DNA from: Cycas panzhihuaensis
Taxonomy: Eukaryota; Plantae; Cycadophyta
DNA: 64,000 bases
NCBI GenBank assembly: GCA_023213395.1
Contig: CM041465.1
Span: forward strand, 182,101,741-182,165,740
Reading direction: 5' to 3'
In this document: positions 13,843 to 26,500 of the stretch, piece after piece
How positions within the stretch are numbered: the first letter of the stretch is position 1
Layout of the letters: every line of letters begins with the position of its first letter
The notes under the pieces: model-generated
Told to the model about the DNA's origin: nothing
The model's input: only the letters and a program-made list of their open reading frames with translations
The model's database searches: none
Position numbers and translations under genes: made by a program

Positions 13843-14227
13843 TATAAGAATAACAGGATCTAAATACATGTGCCTTGATTTAAGTACAATAAGAAAAATA
13901 TTAACAAATATTCAACAATTTAAGAAAATAAGCAAGACATATGATCATGTAATGATAAGGGTAAATTCACCATATTGTAGGCTTTCTCTTAGGTAGAGTT
14001 TCTGTAGTAATCAGAATCCAAGATATGAAGTACAAAGGTGTTGGGCAACATTTATAGCCATCTACTAAGATTACAAGGTAATAGGATAGGTTGACTTAAT
14101 GACACAAGAGATGGACCTAACCTCACTATCCAATATGATTAAATTACGTCAAGGATCCATTAATATATTATAAACATGAATTTACATAAATGAGAAGAAA
14201 TGGAGGAGGCATTATAATGTTTTAACA
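13843..14227 (-). repeat. 5' LTR of copia A
   Basis: Adjacent to the PBS; aligns to 7140-7524. Confidence 0.95.
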
Positions 14228-14704
14228 GTATGGTAGTGTGAGTCATTTTAAGAACCTCATTTCACAAGGGGTATGGCATATAATTATAGGGTTACTCTTG
14301 TCATTCCATATGTAGTCACTTGTTGGTCAAGTAGTTTAACATGTTCTTAGAGTTGGTAGTTAATATTCACTAATTGATAAACCACATATTTAAAACACAC
14401 CCTAGTAAACTAATGACTACAATTGTTGGTTACCCATGTAGTCTAAAAGATGGTAGTTATTTCATATAAACATTAGTTATCTTTTAGATCAAAGTTTGAT
14501 TAATATAGGAGTTTATAATTGTATTTTGAAACTTTCTAGGTAGTGGCAATTGCTTACATATGGATGAGTATTATTCTAGGTATTGATAATATTTTTTGTG
14601 GTGATTTGAAGATGAAGACTTCCAATAATTTTACAAGTTGAAGATTAAAATTGATGATTGATATTGAAAATTAATGGTTTGTGTAATTAGTCATTATGGG
14701 GGAG

Positions 14705-15106
14705 TGTTAAAAGTAATGATTAATTATTTCCTTATAAAGTTATGTGCTTTAATATTAAGTTATATCCCCCCACTCTCTTATTATTAAATTATTAACAACA
14801 CTAAGATGTGTACATGTGCTCATTTATTTATGTCATGTCCCACTGGTGGACTTAGAGGTTTTCTCATATTATTATTGGACATGGGGTTAACTAGTCCTAC
14901 AAATATGTGTATTTATCTAATACAATTCTTTGAAGGTTGATCATTTTTCCACCATATAATTTTGTCTTCATAATGTGCATGTTTCATCTTATTATGTTTT
15001 TATGTTCATCTTATATTGACCTCATTATTTATACTTGTGTTTATGAATGTTATTCATCATATAATTTTGTCCAACATGTGGTATTAAATCTTTTTTCATT
15101 CCAATA
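14705..15106 (+). repeat. 3' LTR of element F, with an embedded PBS copy at 15079-15090
   Basis: Preceded by PPT; direct repeat of 4669-5058; followed by the TSD. Confidence 0.85.
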
Positions 15107-15252
15107 ATGATAATACTTAAGGATAAAAGTAAGGTGAACTATGAAAGGGTATAATGGGAAGCTTCATGCTTTAGAAATTTGTTTAGACATTAAGGACTCT
15201 AAAAAGATGCAAATACTCTCAAGTACAAAGGTGGCCTACATAAGTATATCCA

Positions 15253-16392
15253 TGATCTGAATCTTGAATGGGAAAGTAAAAATTTTAGCCAATTGAAACA
15301 AAATCCAGAACAATTTACATTATTATTATATAGAATTATAAATATTTAGAAATTTTCTTATAAAACTCCTCTTGTTTATGCTCTATTGAGCATGCATGAG
15401 ACTGCTATAGTGTTTTGGGAGAGAGAAATTGAGTGTTGGGTGCTCCTTGTGCTGCCACTCGTCCTCTGGAACCTCCGTCTCAAAGTCTACAAAAACGTTT
15501 TTGGTCATTTATTACCAAAAACCCCGTTTTGGTGAAGAAGAAGCGCTAGTATCTCTTTACGGGACTATCAGAATCGCTGTCTTCTCCACTCGGCTGCAAC
15601 TACGATCTTTCGGGCTCCTTCATGATCCCTGTAATAGGTTTTTCCACTGCGTTTCTGCTGTATTTTCTCCCAACGTAGATTTTCACTTTCTGGAGCCGTT
15701 CTCTTTCCAGAAAAATGATTTTCTCAAAGCTTTCCTCGAATCTTGCTCCATGCTATGTCTAGGGATGTGGCGTCCTCCTTTTCCTATCAAAAATCTCTAT
15801 CGAGATCCCCTGAATTCTTCACCAAAATTTTGCTTAAAAGCGTTTTCATTTGGGGCTATTTTTCTATTTTTCCATTTTCTAACAGGTTTCAAAACGGCTT
15901 GTGAAATCTTAGAAAAATCTTTTTATTTTGGAGTTTTTCCTCTTTAAATGTGTAGAGGACACATGTGCGTACCCTCTCCTTAAATTTCGTGCGAAACGGA
16001 TCCCGTTTGCGCTGCCAAAATCATTTCCTTTTTTCTTATTTTTCCATTTTTTGACTTTTGCGTAGCAGTCTCCTCAATTGCGTAGCAGTCTCCTCAGTTG
16101 CATAGCACCTACGTAGCAGTGACAGCACCTATATAGCACCTACGTAATAGTGACAACACATGTGTAGCACCTGCGTAGCAGTCGTAGTACTTCCGTAGCA
16201 CCTTGGTAGTAGTTATAACACCTTTTTACACTTATAGAAATACATTTTTTTACACTTTTAAAGCCTTTTAAAGGCATATTTCTACTAAATGAAGACCATT
16301 AAGCCTTTTTAAGGTAATTTTCTACTACATAAAGACCATTTACATGAAAAACAAAGTATTTAATAGTATTTAAAGATCCGAAAAATGGATCA
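15253..16392 (-). repeat. 3' LTR of gypsy D
   Basis: Aligns to 21126-22248. Confidence 0.95.
16060..16220. repeat. 20-bp tandem subrepeats in the gypsy D 3' LTR (gcgtagcagtctcctcagtt and gtagcagtgacagcacctac)
   Basis: Visible tandem units; counterpart at ~21918-22078. Confidence 0.85.
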
Positions 16393-16491
16393 GAACTCCC
16401 CTTTTTTAGGAGTTTATGGCCTCATGAACTTTATAGTTGTAGATGAGGGAATTTAATTTTCCCTATCTCCTTATTGTACCATTTTGCTTTG

Positions 16492-19400
16492 TTAGGTACT
16501 TGTCCTTTCTCGAATTAAGGATTCGATTATGCCTCTTCGAGTCTCGATCTGCTTCCTTTGAAGAATGCAATCATTTTGCATTGGTTCCTCTTTCTCTATC
16601 CACAACTCCTCTGGGTTTAGTAAGAGTGGAACTCCATCTTCATCTTCATCCAACATGGATGGCTCGAACATCTTCAGATTCTCAATATTCACTACGGAAT
16701 ACATCTTCATGAATTCTGGAAGTTCAAGTTGGAAAGCATTTTCTCCAATTTTCTTCAAGATTGTAAAAGGACCATATCATAAAGGCTTTAGCTTTTTGCA
16801 TTTACCTTGCAATCTTTTCTTACTGAGGTGCAACCAAACTCTATCTCCTTCCTTAAAGGAATGGCTGGTTCTATGTGCATCATGCCACTGCTTGTATCTC
16901 TGTTGTGATTTTGAAGTCGCTCTTCAACCTGTTGATGGATTTTTCTGATTCTTTCCAAGAATCTTTATGCCTTTTCATCTCCTTCTTCTTCATTTCTATT
17001 TCCTGTTGAAAGTTAAGCAGAAAATTCTAAATCGAAAGGACTTGTAGGCAGAAATCCCAAACATACCTCAAATGGTGATTTCTGGGTTGAGCTATGGATA
17101 GTTCTGTTGAATGCAAATTACAAGTATGGGAGACTTTCATCCCAAGTCTTAGGATACTTGGCATTGTATCCTCATAACAGCTATACCAATGTCCTATTGA
17201 CAACTTCAGTTTGGCCGTCTGTTTAAGGATGAAAAGCTGTGCTCATCTCTAGCTATGTATCCATCATTCCCCAAAGTGTTTGCCAAAAATGACTCAGAAA
17301 TCTATTGTCTCGATCAGAAATGATTGAGTTGGGAAGTCCAAAATACTTCCAAACATGCTGGAAAAATAATCTAGCTATGTCTTCTCCTGTATGTGTCTTC
17401 CTACAGGGAATCAACATCACCATTTCTTGAATCGATCAACAACAACAAATAAATAATCCATACCATTTCTGGTTTGTGGTAGTCCTCCTAGGAAATCCAT
17501 GGAGATACTTTCCCACGGTCGTGATGGAATAGGAAGTGGAATGTACAATCTAAACTTCCTATTGGCCAGCTTTGATGTGCTACATAATGTACACCCTTGT
17601 ACTATTGTAGTCACATCTTGCTACATATTTGCCCAATACATATATCGCTGTAAGTTTAGCAATGTCTTTCCCACTCCAAAGTATCCTGTAACTTGAGAGG
17701 TTTAAGCTTCTCTTATCCACTTCATTCAGTCTGCATGCTTTAGAATGCAAAGCTTGTCTTACTTGCAAAGAAGTCCATCTTTTAGCTGGAGATCAGCAAT
17801 TACTTTTCCTTGCTGTAGCTGCTCAAAGATAGGCTTGAATGCCTCGTCTTTCAAATCCAAATCAACATATTCATCATGGCAGAAAGGTTAAAATTGCATA
17901 GCTACCAACAAACTAGAATTACCTTGTTGTTGAGGAGGTCTAGACAACAAGTCTGCAATCTTATTTGTCGTTCCTTTCTTGTATTTAACCATGATGTAAA
18001 ACTGCTGCAAATAGGACATCCACTTCATATGCCTAGCCTGCTGCAACTTGGACTAAGTCTGCAAAAATTGCAAAGGCTTATGGTCAGTGTGGATGACCAC
18101 TTCTTTTCCCAACAAATAGGGTCTCCAATGTTTTACTGCTTGGTGTAATGCATAGAGCTCCTTATCGTAAGTTGGGTAGTTTATGACAGCTCCATTAAAT
18201 GTCTCTGAATGGTATGCTATCAGTTTTCCTTCTTGCTTCAATACTGCTCCCATGGTATAGCCTAAAGCATCAGTCTCCAATTCAAATGGATTTTGTAGCG
18301 AGGGTAAAGCTAACACTGGTGCCTCACAAATTTTTTGCTTCAAAAGCCTGAAAGCTTTTTCTTGTTCATTCTCCCAATGAAACTTTGCATGTCCTCCTAT
18401 CAATGCATGAAGAGGTGCTATAATTTGAAAGAATCTGAAAATAAATTTTCTTAAATATTAACATGCACCAATGAAACTTCTTACCTCTGTGGTTGTCTTA
18501 GGTGTGGGCCAATTGAGAATGATTTTGATCTTTGCTGGGTCAATCTTCAATTCTCCTCCTCCAACCACGAAACATAAGAAGACGAGAGATTACTTTCCAA
18601 ACTCGCACTTCTTTAGATTTAGTATCAACTGATGTTCTTAGAGAACTTTAAGCACTTGCTCGACATGTTGGAGGTGCTCCTCCCATGTATGGCTAAAAAT
18701 CAGAATATCATCTAGATAAACGATTACAAAGTCATCAATGAAGGGTCTTAATACCTCATTCATCAACCTCATGAAGGTGGAAGGTGCATTGCACAGACCA
18801 AATGGCATCACCAACCATTCGAACAATCCTTGCTTCAATTTGAAGGATGTCTTCCAAGTATCCTCTTCTCGGATTCGAACCTGATGGTACCCTGATTTCA
18901 GGTCCATTTTGTTGAAATATCTTACCGACTGTAGCTGGTCCAACAAGTCATCTATCTGTGGTAAGGGATATCTATTCTTTATGGTGATCTTGTTCAAAGC
19001 TTGGTAGTTAATGCACATTCTCCATCCTCCATCTTTCTTTGGCACCAAAATAATAGGTGATCCACATGGGGAACAACTTGGCTTGATTACTCCTCATTCC
19101 AAGAGTTCTTGAATCTGCCTCTTAATCTCTTCATTCTCCAAAACTGAGTTTCGATAGAGACTAAGATTCGGCAAAGGTGAATCAGTAACCAGCTGGATTT
19201 CATGTTCAATTGCCCTTTTAGGGGGCAGTCCTTTCGGCTCTTAGAATACGTCACTGTACTTATCCCTTAGGCCTTCAATCTGCTGCACTTACTTCCTATC
19301 CAGTGCCTATATTGAGAACTCTGCTTGCTCATTTTCTTCCACCTTTAGCTTTATCATCAACAACACAAACTTCCTACAAGCATTAATTAATCTTTTCGCT

Positions 19401-20926
19401 TGTTAGGAAGATATTAGAGAAATCTTCTTTTGTGGCTTTGATGCATTGATCATATATGATCTCCCATCCTTGATGAGTTGAATCTTTCTTAACCTCTTGT
19501 GATGAACTCCATCTCTATCATAGAGATATGGGCTGCTAAACACAACTTGACAAACATCCAAAGGGACTACTTCACATTCAACTTCATCAATGAACTTTTC
19601 AGATATTGCAAATTTAAACTTACATTGGTGAGTAACCTACAACTCTAAATCTTTTTTTAACCATCTAAGAGGATATGGTTTTGGATGTGCATGCATTTTT
19701 AATCCCAGTTTTTTTACCAATACTTCTGAGATTAAATTCTTTTGGCTTCCTCCATTAAAGACGGCATCAACCATGCTTTGCTTCACTTGGATTCTTACCA
19801 TGAAGAGCTCCTCTCGAATCTCTGGATCAACTTGCTGATGATTATTTCCAGGCTCCGCATTAGCCATGAGAATCAACTTCTCATTAGCTTCTTTAATGCC
19901 ACAAATATTTCCATCACTTACAGAGTTAAGTAAAGTTTTACCTTCAATTTTAACTTTACCTTTCCCCTTGTTCTTGGGTCGTTTCTCTGGGTGTAGGAAC
20001 CAACAATCTTCTACGATGTGACCCGCTCACTTGCAATAAGTGCATGTGACTTTGATTTGGGTGGTATTGACTTGTTTCATCTTGCCAAAACCTCTAATGG
20101 ATTGTTGTCCAACTTTACCTAGAAACTTCATTCCTCGGGTAGGTTTATTGCTACCTTCTAGAGGTGCAAACCTTTTCCTTTCAGCAAAAACCTTCTTATT
20201 CCTCTTTTCTATGGCAATCGCCTTCTTGCTAGCTTCATTGAGTGATTTAACTTTGAATAGTTGAAGTTCTTGCTGAATATGTTAGTGTAGTCCTGTAATA
20301 TATTTCAGCATTATATCTTTACCTAGTAAAGAGATGCCCAACACAACAGCTTACTTTTGAAATTCTGTTGTATAATCTTAGACATTTTGGCCTCTTTCCT
20401 GTCGGTAATATTGCCATTTAATCCTCTGTTGCTCTTCATATCTAATAGGATAGAATTACTTCTTAATGAGGATTTTAAACTATTGCCAAGTGATCTCACT
20501 TACATTATGGGATTTAAGGTATGCATTCCACCAAACTAATGCATGTTTAGATAATTTTAACCTAGCAAAAGTTATTTTCTGCTGGTTTTTATACCCATAA
20601 ATGGAAAAATAAGTTTCTAGTTGGTCCAACAAACCATCTAATTTTTTAGCATCCAATGTTCCATCATAGATGGGCAATTCAAGTTTTGCCTCTACCTTGA
20701 ATGGATGTGTGAATACTGCTAGATTGTCATCTTCATCATTTTCTTGTTAGTCTTCTACCAACTCTTCATTTGTCTCCTCTTTCATCAGTTCATCGTCTTC
20801 CTTCTTTACGCCTTTGGCTGTTAAAGAAGAAGTTGCAACTAGTTGCGCCACAAGTTGGGTTAATCTATCAAGGTTTTGCTCTATCTTCATGAACCTTTCC
20901 TCCATTTTCTGTTTCGAATTAGCCAT
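16492..20926 (-). pseudogene. Gypsy D gag-pol pseudogene
   Basis: ORF fragments: gag 20480-20677; PR 19637-19876 (AVFNGGSQKNLIS, catalytic D to N); RT 18638-19048 (MPFGL, YLDD); RNase H 18053-18403 (LETDA, YDKELYA, TDHKPL); integrase 17417-17614 (PWESISMDF, VVDRF); C-terminus 16492-16758. Putative ATG at 20924-20926. Confidence 0.92.
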
Positions 20927-21125
20927 CTTCCTTCGCTATTTTCTTTCTCTCTCAAGAGGTTCGATTAGAGGTTCACCTGTTAACAGATATTGATATCTAG
21001 TTTTCATAAAAACTTCTACAATGAAAGTAAGAGGATTTTTTTCCTTTTCTTTTCTTTCTTTTTTTTTTCTTTAAAATCCCTAAAATCCCAAGGGTTTCAA
21101 GAAACTAGCTCTAATACCAAAATAT

Positions 21126-22248
21126 TGATTTAAATCTTGAATGGGCAAGTGAAAACTTTAACCAATTGAAATAAAATCTAAAATAATTTACATTATTATT
21201 ACATAGAATTACAAATATTTAGAATTTTTCTTACAAAACTCCTATTATTTGTGCTCTATTGAGCATGCACGGGACTGTTGTAGCATTTTGGGAGAGAGAA
21301 ATTGAGTGCTTGGCGCTCTTTGAGCTGCTACTCATTCTCTGAACCTTCGTCTTGAAGTCTACAAAAATGTTTTTGGTCATTTATTACCAAAAATCCCATT
21401 TTGGTGAAGAAGAATTGGCTAGCGTCTCTTTTTGGGACTACTGTAACTGCTATCTTCTCCACTCGACTGTAACTATGATCTTTTGAGCTCCTTCATGATC
21501 CCCACAATAGGTTTTTTTGCTGCGTTTCTGCTGTATTTTCTCCCTACACAGATTTTCACTTTCTAGAGCTGTTCTCTTTCTAGAAAAATGATTTTCTCAA
21601 AGCTTTCCTTGAATCTTGCTCCATGCTGCATCTAGGGCTGTGGCGTCCTCCTTTTCCTATCAAAAATCTCTATCGAGATCCCTAGAATTTTGCTTAAAAG
21701 CGTTTTCATTTGGGGTTATTTTTTTATTTTTTCGTTTTCTAAAGTTTCAAAATGGCTTGTGAAATCTTAGAAAAATCTTTTTATTTTGGATTTTTTCCTC
21801 TTTAAATGTATAGAGGACACGTGTGCGTACCCTCTCCTCAAATTTCGTGTGAAATGAATCCCATTTGCACTGCCAAAATTATTTCTATTTTTCTTATCTT
21901 TCCGTTTTTTTACTTTTGCGTAGCAGTCTCCTCAGTTGCGTAGTAGTCTCCTCAATTGCGTAGCAGTCTCCTCAGTTGCATAGCACCTATGTAGCAGTGA
22001 CAACACCTGCGTAGCAGTGACAGCACCTACGTAGCAGTTGTAGTACTTGCGTAGCACCTTGGTAGTAGTTATAGCACCCTTTTACACTTGTAGAAATACA
22101 TTTTTTAACATATTTTAAGCCTTTTAAAGGCATATTTCTACTAAATGAAGACCATTAAGCCTTTTTAAGGCAATTTTCTACTACATAAAGACCATTTACA
22201 TGAAAAATAAAGTATTTAAGAGTATTTAAAGATCCGAAAAATTGATCA
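21126..22248 (-). repeat. 5' LTR of gypsy D
   Basis: Next to the PBS; aligns to 15253-16392. Confidence 0.95.
21918..22078. repeat. 20-bp tandem subrepeats in the gypsy D 5' LTR
   Basis: Same units as 16060-16220, different copy number. Confidence 0.85.
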
Positions 22249-23879
22249 ATCCATGTTGAAATGGGTTTTGTCTCAATTAATACCATAGGTAATGGCTTTT
22301 AATTTATAAACAAACTTAAGGAGAATCTTAAAGATAAGACTCTAGAAAAAATAAATAGATTAACTTATCAATCCACAAATAATAGTATAAGAGATGGACT
22401 TGTAAAATCTAAGTATTACTTTTTTTTAAATTTAAGCAAGGGAAAGCTATTTTCTGGCTAGGTCTATCTATACTTTTAAAGGTGAATCATAAGAAATATA
22501 TATAATCAAAGTTTCTCACAAGCCTCAAGGGTAATAAAAATGAGTATAACAATAAAAGAAAAATGCTCAAGATATTAGTAGATGGTGTGATTATCATAAA
22601 ATAAACACTTATTGTAATGGAAATTATACAACTTGAAAGGAACCCTTACTTACATAATATATACAAGCAAAAGGCAAAGAAAAGGAGGAGCTCATATCCA
22701 ATCTAGAAGACCCAAGGGTTCTTATAATATAACTAAGTAATAATAAAGAGAGTGAGTAACTTTATCATATAAAAATAAAAGTTGTTGAGCAACTTCTTCA
22801 CACTATCTTTGATAATAAGGTCCAAAAGAAATTAATTTCCATGGATATAGTTAATCACATATCTTTGTCTACCTTATTCATCTAAATCTATGCCACATTT
22901 CATGGTTGTAAGAAGGTAACTAATTTAATATCATTCATCAATATCAATTGAAATTTATCATATATCTTATGAAGGGTGAAGTGCTTTATGATGTTATATT
23001 ATTAGATGTAAGTGATGCCATATTTAGGAAGCCTTATATATGTAGATGGTATTCTAAATACCAAATAAGACCATAATAAATCAAATTGTTGAAGGATGAC
23101 ATTACTTATGTCATAAAGGAAACTCTTTCAAAATAGAGTAATATGGCATCCATTTTAGCCTTATAAGCTAAGAAAATAATATTTCTTCTAGTAAGGCTTC
23201 CACTTATATCTACTTCAAGCCAAATTATTGATTCGCAAGTTCTATCTATTTTATACCTTAAACACAAAGATATAATAAATGCATTATTCAAAGATTTTAC
23301 ATGTGTGTTCTAGAAAATTAGTGGTTTATTTCTAAACCATCATATACAACATCAAATTGATATAATTCAATGATCATCTCTTCTTAATGTTGTTCTCTAT
23401 AAGTAATCTACACCTTTTGATATTACATGTGTGTCTTTAATGTTATTTTTTGGCCCATAAATATTAAAAGAATAAGAAAGGGTTAAAAATTTTATTAAAT
23501 AGATTCTAGTTATCCATAGGTACTTGGAGAATATGCTTGGCAAATCACAACAAAAATATAGGAACCATCATAACATGCATAGAGTGGAACACACATTTAA
23601 AGTAGGTGATAAATTTTGGTTACATCTATAAAAGGAAAGGTTTAAACCTTAAAATTCAACCACTTTATTATACCATACTCATAGTGGCAAGTGAAAATGA
23701 TTTTATATTGTATTTTCCTTCATATCCAAGTATACATGTTGTATTCAATGTATAGTTTCTTAATGTACATGTACCACCAATACGAGAGCAAATAGATGAC
23801 TCTCCATAACAACTACCTACAAAATAATCTAGTAGCCCTTATCACTTTTAAAAGGTATAAATTGCTTTATACAACTTGG

Positions 23880-26500
23880 ATTCCACCTTTAAAATATTCA
23901 AATAGAATTTGAAGGAATGAAAAATAATGTTTTTACGCTAAGTATCAACATTATCCAACTCATTTTGAACATAATTAGGAAGGTAGACAAGACAAAATTT
24001 TTGGCTCACTTATAAAAGTCCATTACATACTAATCATCTCTACACATTATAGAAAGAGTTGCCATTGAATAAATGGGATGTCTATATTATCATAGGGCAT
24101 GCCCAAAATCTTCATTTATATTTGTCTAAGGAGATATGAAAATAAATCATGCACATAGTTGAAAACATAATAAGTGTACAATTGAAAACATGGCATATTG
24201 ATATTACATAAAGAGTGAAAATAAGAGCTTATAGAGAGATAGAGACATAAATTCATCCCATTGAGTCTTTTATTGATCAGGATTTATATAAAAATGATCT
24301 TATAGAGCATTTCTTACATACCAAAAGTGTTTGCCTACAAGATTTAACCCAAAAACCGCTTGCCCTAGAAGGCTTTCTATATGTTAGGTAACACATTCCT
24401 TTATTAAGAAATATTTAGCATATCCATAAACTATATTTTGATAGAATTTTACTATTGTCTACTTCTACTTCAAGTAAATATTCTAGTAGTAGCACATTTC
24501 CATAAGTCTCTTGGCCTTTAATTTATAGTAGCTATGTTAATAGCATTTTTCTATGGTCTTGGGTTTCCTACTTGAAACATCAATGTAGCAACATATTATT
24601 ATAGAAATTGGGCTACCATTTCACTTGAAATTCATAAGGCATTTCAATGGAGATTTATGTTGGTTCTATTACTCAAGTGTTTTATTCCATACATCTAAAA
24701 TTACCAGCATAGATGTAGCTTACATTGCATGTTATTGATGACATCCCATGACCACTTGGCCTACCACTTTTCTTATTATCAATACTTCATAATTATTGGT
24801 TATTAAAAACTTGATGTCCTTAAAGAATTTATACTTTTCTTTGATTCCCAATTCATATATAATTACTTGAGTGAAGGAGTGACTGTAAATTTTTAGATAG
24901 TTTATGTTTTGAAATATTATTAGGATGAGGTTTGATTAGTGGTTGATTAAGGGTGCAAGGAGATGGGACCATGCTTGCCTCACAAGGACTTAGAGGAAGC
25001 TTTACCATATATATATTTTTGCTTGTATTTATTAAGAATTACAAAGATAAATAGGAAAACAAACCAAGATCATGTATCGAAATCTCTCATCTCTCGTTTC
25101 TATAAGGAATGCAAAAGAAAGGTCTCTTGATTAGGTGGCAGAGCTAAATTTTTTTGGAAATAACATTTGTCTAAATTTTATTTTATAGGAGAGTGTAGAA
25201 GGTAGCAAGTAAAGTGGTGATATGGTAGTGTGGGGTAAGGTAAAATTCTAGGCCAATGCATGATAATAGTAGAATGCACACATGTCTAGGATCAATGGGT
25301 AGTTATATGATGATTTTAGAAGGACAAGCAAGTTAGGTTTCATCCTAGTGTTAATGAGGAGAGAGAATGAGAATTTAAAGACGAGGGCTTGGCTTCCTTC
25401 AGACATTTCTAACCCCACATTCATGGGCTACTCAAAGAACAAAGGGAAGAGTTATGCTTAAAAAATATAGGGTAAACACCTCCTCAAATAATACCTCTCT
25501 CAACCTTTTGGCTGAGAATAAGTATAGTATCTATTCTTATGAGTTTAATATAGGGTACATGGTTAATTGAACCACTTGATATTAAATTTATTTTTCATTA
25601 AGGAAAAACTATTTTATTAGCTTATTATTAGGGGTTCTTAAGCATTACTCATGTATTATATTACCATAAGAGTTTAGTACACCTCAACCCCAACTCCAAC
25701 ATAATCAAATAAAATGTGTGCTATTTTCCATGTGCCATGAATCATATTGGTTGGTTATGTCATATTTTCTGTTTATTTTATAATTAAATTTATAATATAT
25801 TTTATTTATGATTTATTTTTATAATTAATCATAAAATATAATGTAATAAAATATTTAAATATGATTATTTACTACTTAACCACCATTCTAAGAAATGATG
25901 GATATTCCATAATATTTTCCATATTTGTAGGTAATAGTGTAATGAATTGTGTTCAAAGTTATAGTAATAAATTCAACATATACTCCTAAATGCTATACGT
26001 ATATACATCAAATCTTTATTGTTTGACTTTCCTTCCTTTAAAGGTCTACCTCAGTGCTCATAATAAAGGCTAATACTTATTTACTACCTCTTCTGATTCA
26101 TATCCTCACAAGATTGTGAAATCAAATCTAGTTCATGAGTAATATCTGATCTCATAAACTTGTGAGAAATATATAAATGTTTATCTTTAATAATAGATAG
26201 ATAACAAGTTGAAGTTCATCATTTTTATGCAAGAGTCCATATAAAATCCTCATATGAATCATAAGTCCAATTCATATGTGAATAATCATTGGTTAATACT
26301 TAATTAACCATTCATACTTTATTCTTAATCATGGGTATCATCTTTTAGGTCTATCATCATTGTAAGCATTACCCTAGCAAGTAGATGTGATGCCTTCTAC
26401 ATGTCACAAATACAAAATATCCTAGTCAAGTGAGCTTATATCTTAAATGAGGGGGATTCAACTTATTTATAGAAGACTTTACCTAAATTATTAGAGAGTA
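23880..26500 (-). pseudogene. Highly degenerate gypsy pol fragments (integrase and RNase H), interrupted by other relics
   Basis: Minus-strand motifs resembling integrase (FGLNLVG ~24333-24355) and RNase H (HIYLLG ~24 nt around 26373-26390). No long ORF. Confidence 0.35.

Larger units (their letters stand above)
7140..14227 (-). mobile_element. Element A: Ty1/copia LTR retrotransposon, decayed, RT deleted, inserted in F
   Basis: Two 385-bp LTRs (7140-7524, 13843-14227); perfect TSD GTATG (7135-7139, 14228-14232); PBS-Met (gctctgatacca on +) 13831-13842; PPT (ccctccctt on +) 7525-7533; gag-PR-INT order on the minus strand. Confidence 0.95.
4669..15106 (+). mobile_element. Element F: non-autonomous LTR retroelement (LARD/TRIM-like, ~3.35 kb without the copia A insert)
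   Basis: LTRs 4669-5058 and 14705-15106 (TG...CA/TA); PBS tggtatcagagt 5061-5072; PPT atgggggag 14696-14704; TSD atggt (4664-4668) vs atgat (15107-15111). No ORF except a tiny copia RT-like remnant (TLYVDILF, ~5338-5361). Confidence 0.85.
15253..22248 (-). mobile_element. Element D: full-length Ty3/gypsy LTR retrotransposon (chromovirus-like), decayed
   Basis: LTRs 15253-16392 and 21126-22248 (TGAT...ATCA); perfect TSD ATCCA (15248-15252, 22249-22253); PBS-Met 21108-21119; PPT next to 16393; gag-PR-RT-RH-INT order. Confidence 0.95.
4040..23830 (+). mobile_element. Element E: ancient Ty3/gypsy (chromovirus-like) relic; host of F and D
   Basis: Degenerate PBS tagtgttagagt 4040-4051; gag motif KLDIPYFK..LDYWFQ*LEVHF ~4395-4480. 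Gag continues across the F insertion (4668/15112) and the D insertion (15252/22254). Protease-like IFDNKVQKKLIS ~22805-22840; integrase C-terminus RVEHTFKVGDKFWLHL ~23581-23628. RT, RNase H and most of integrase are deleted near 23400-23450. Ends approximate. Confidence 0.7.

Noticed and set aside
15429-15947. 172-aa ORF
   Set aside because: Antisense frame inside the gypsy D LTR; not kept intact in the other LTR; no motifs.
16060-16220. CRISPR-like repeat array
   Set aside because: Contiguous tandem units with no unique spacers, inside a plant LTR; no cas genes.
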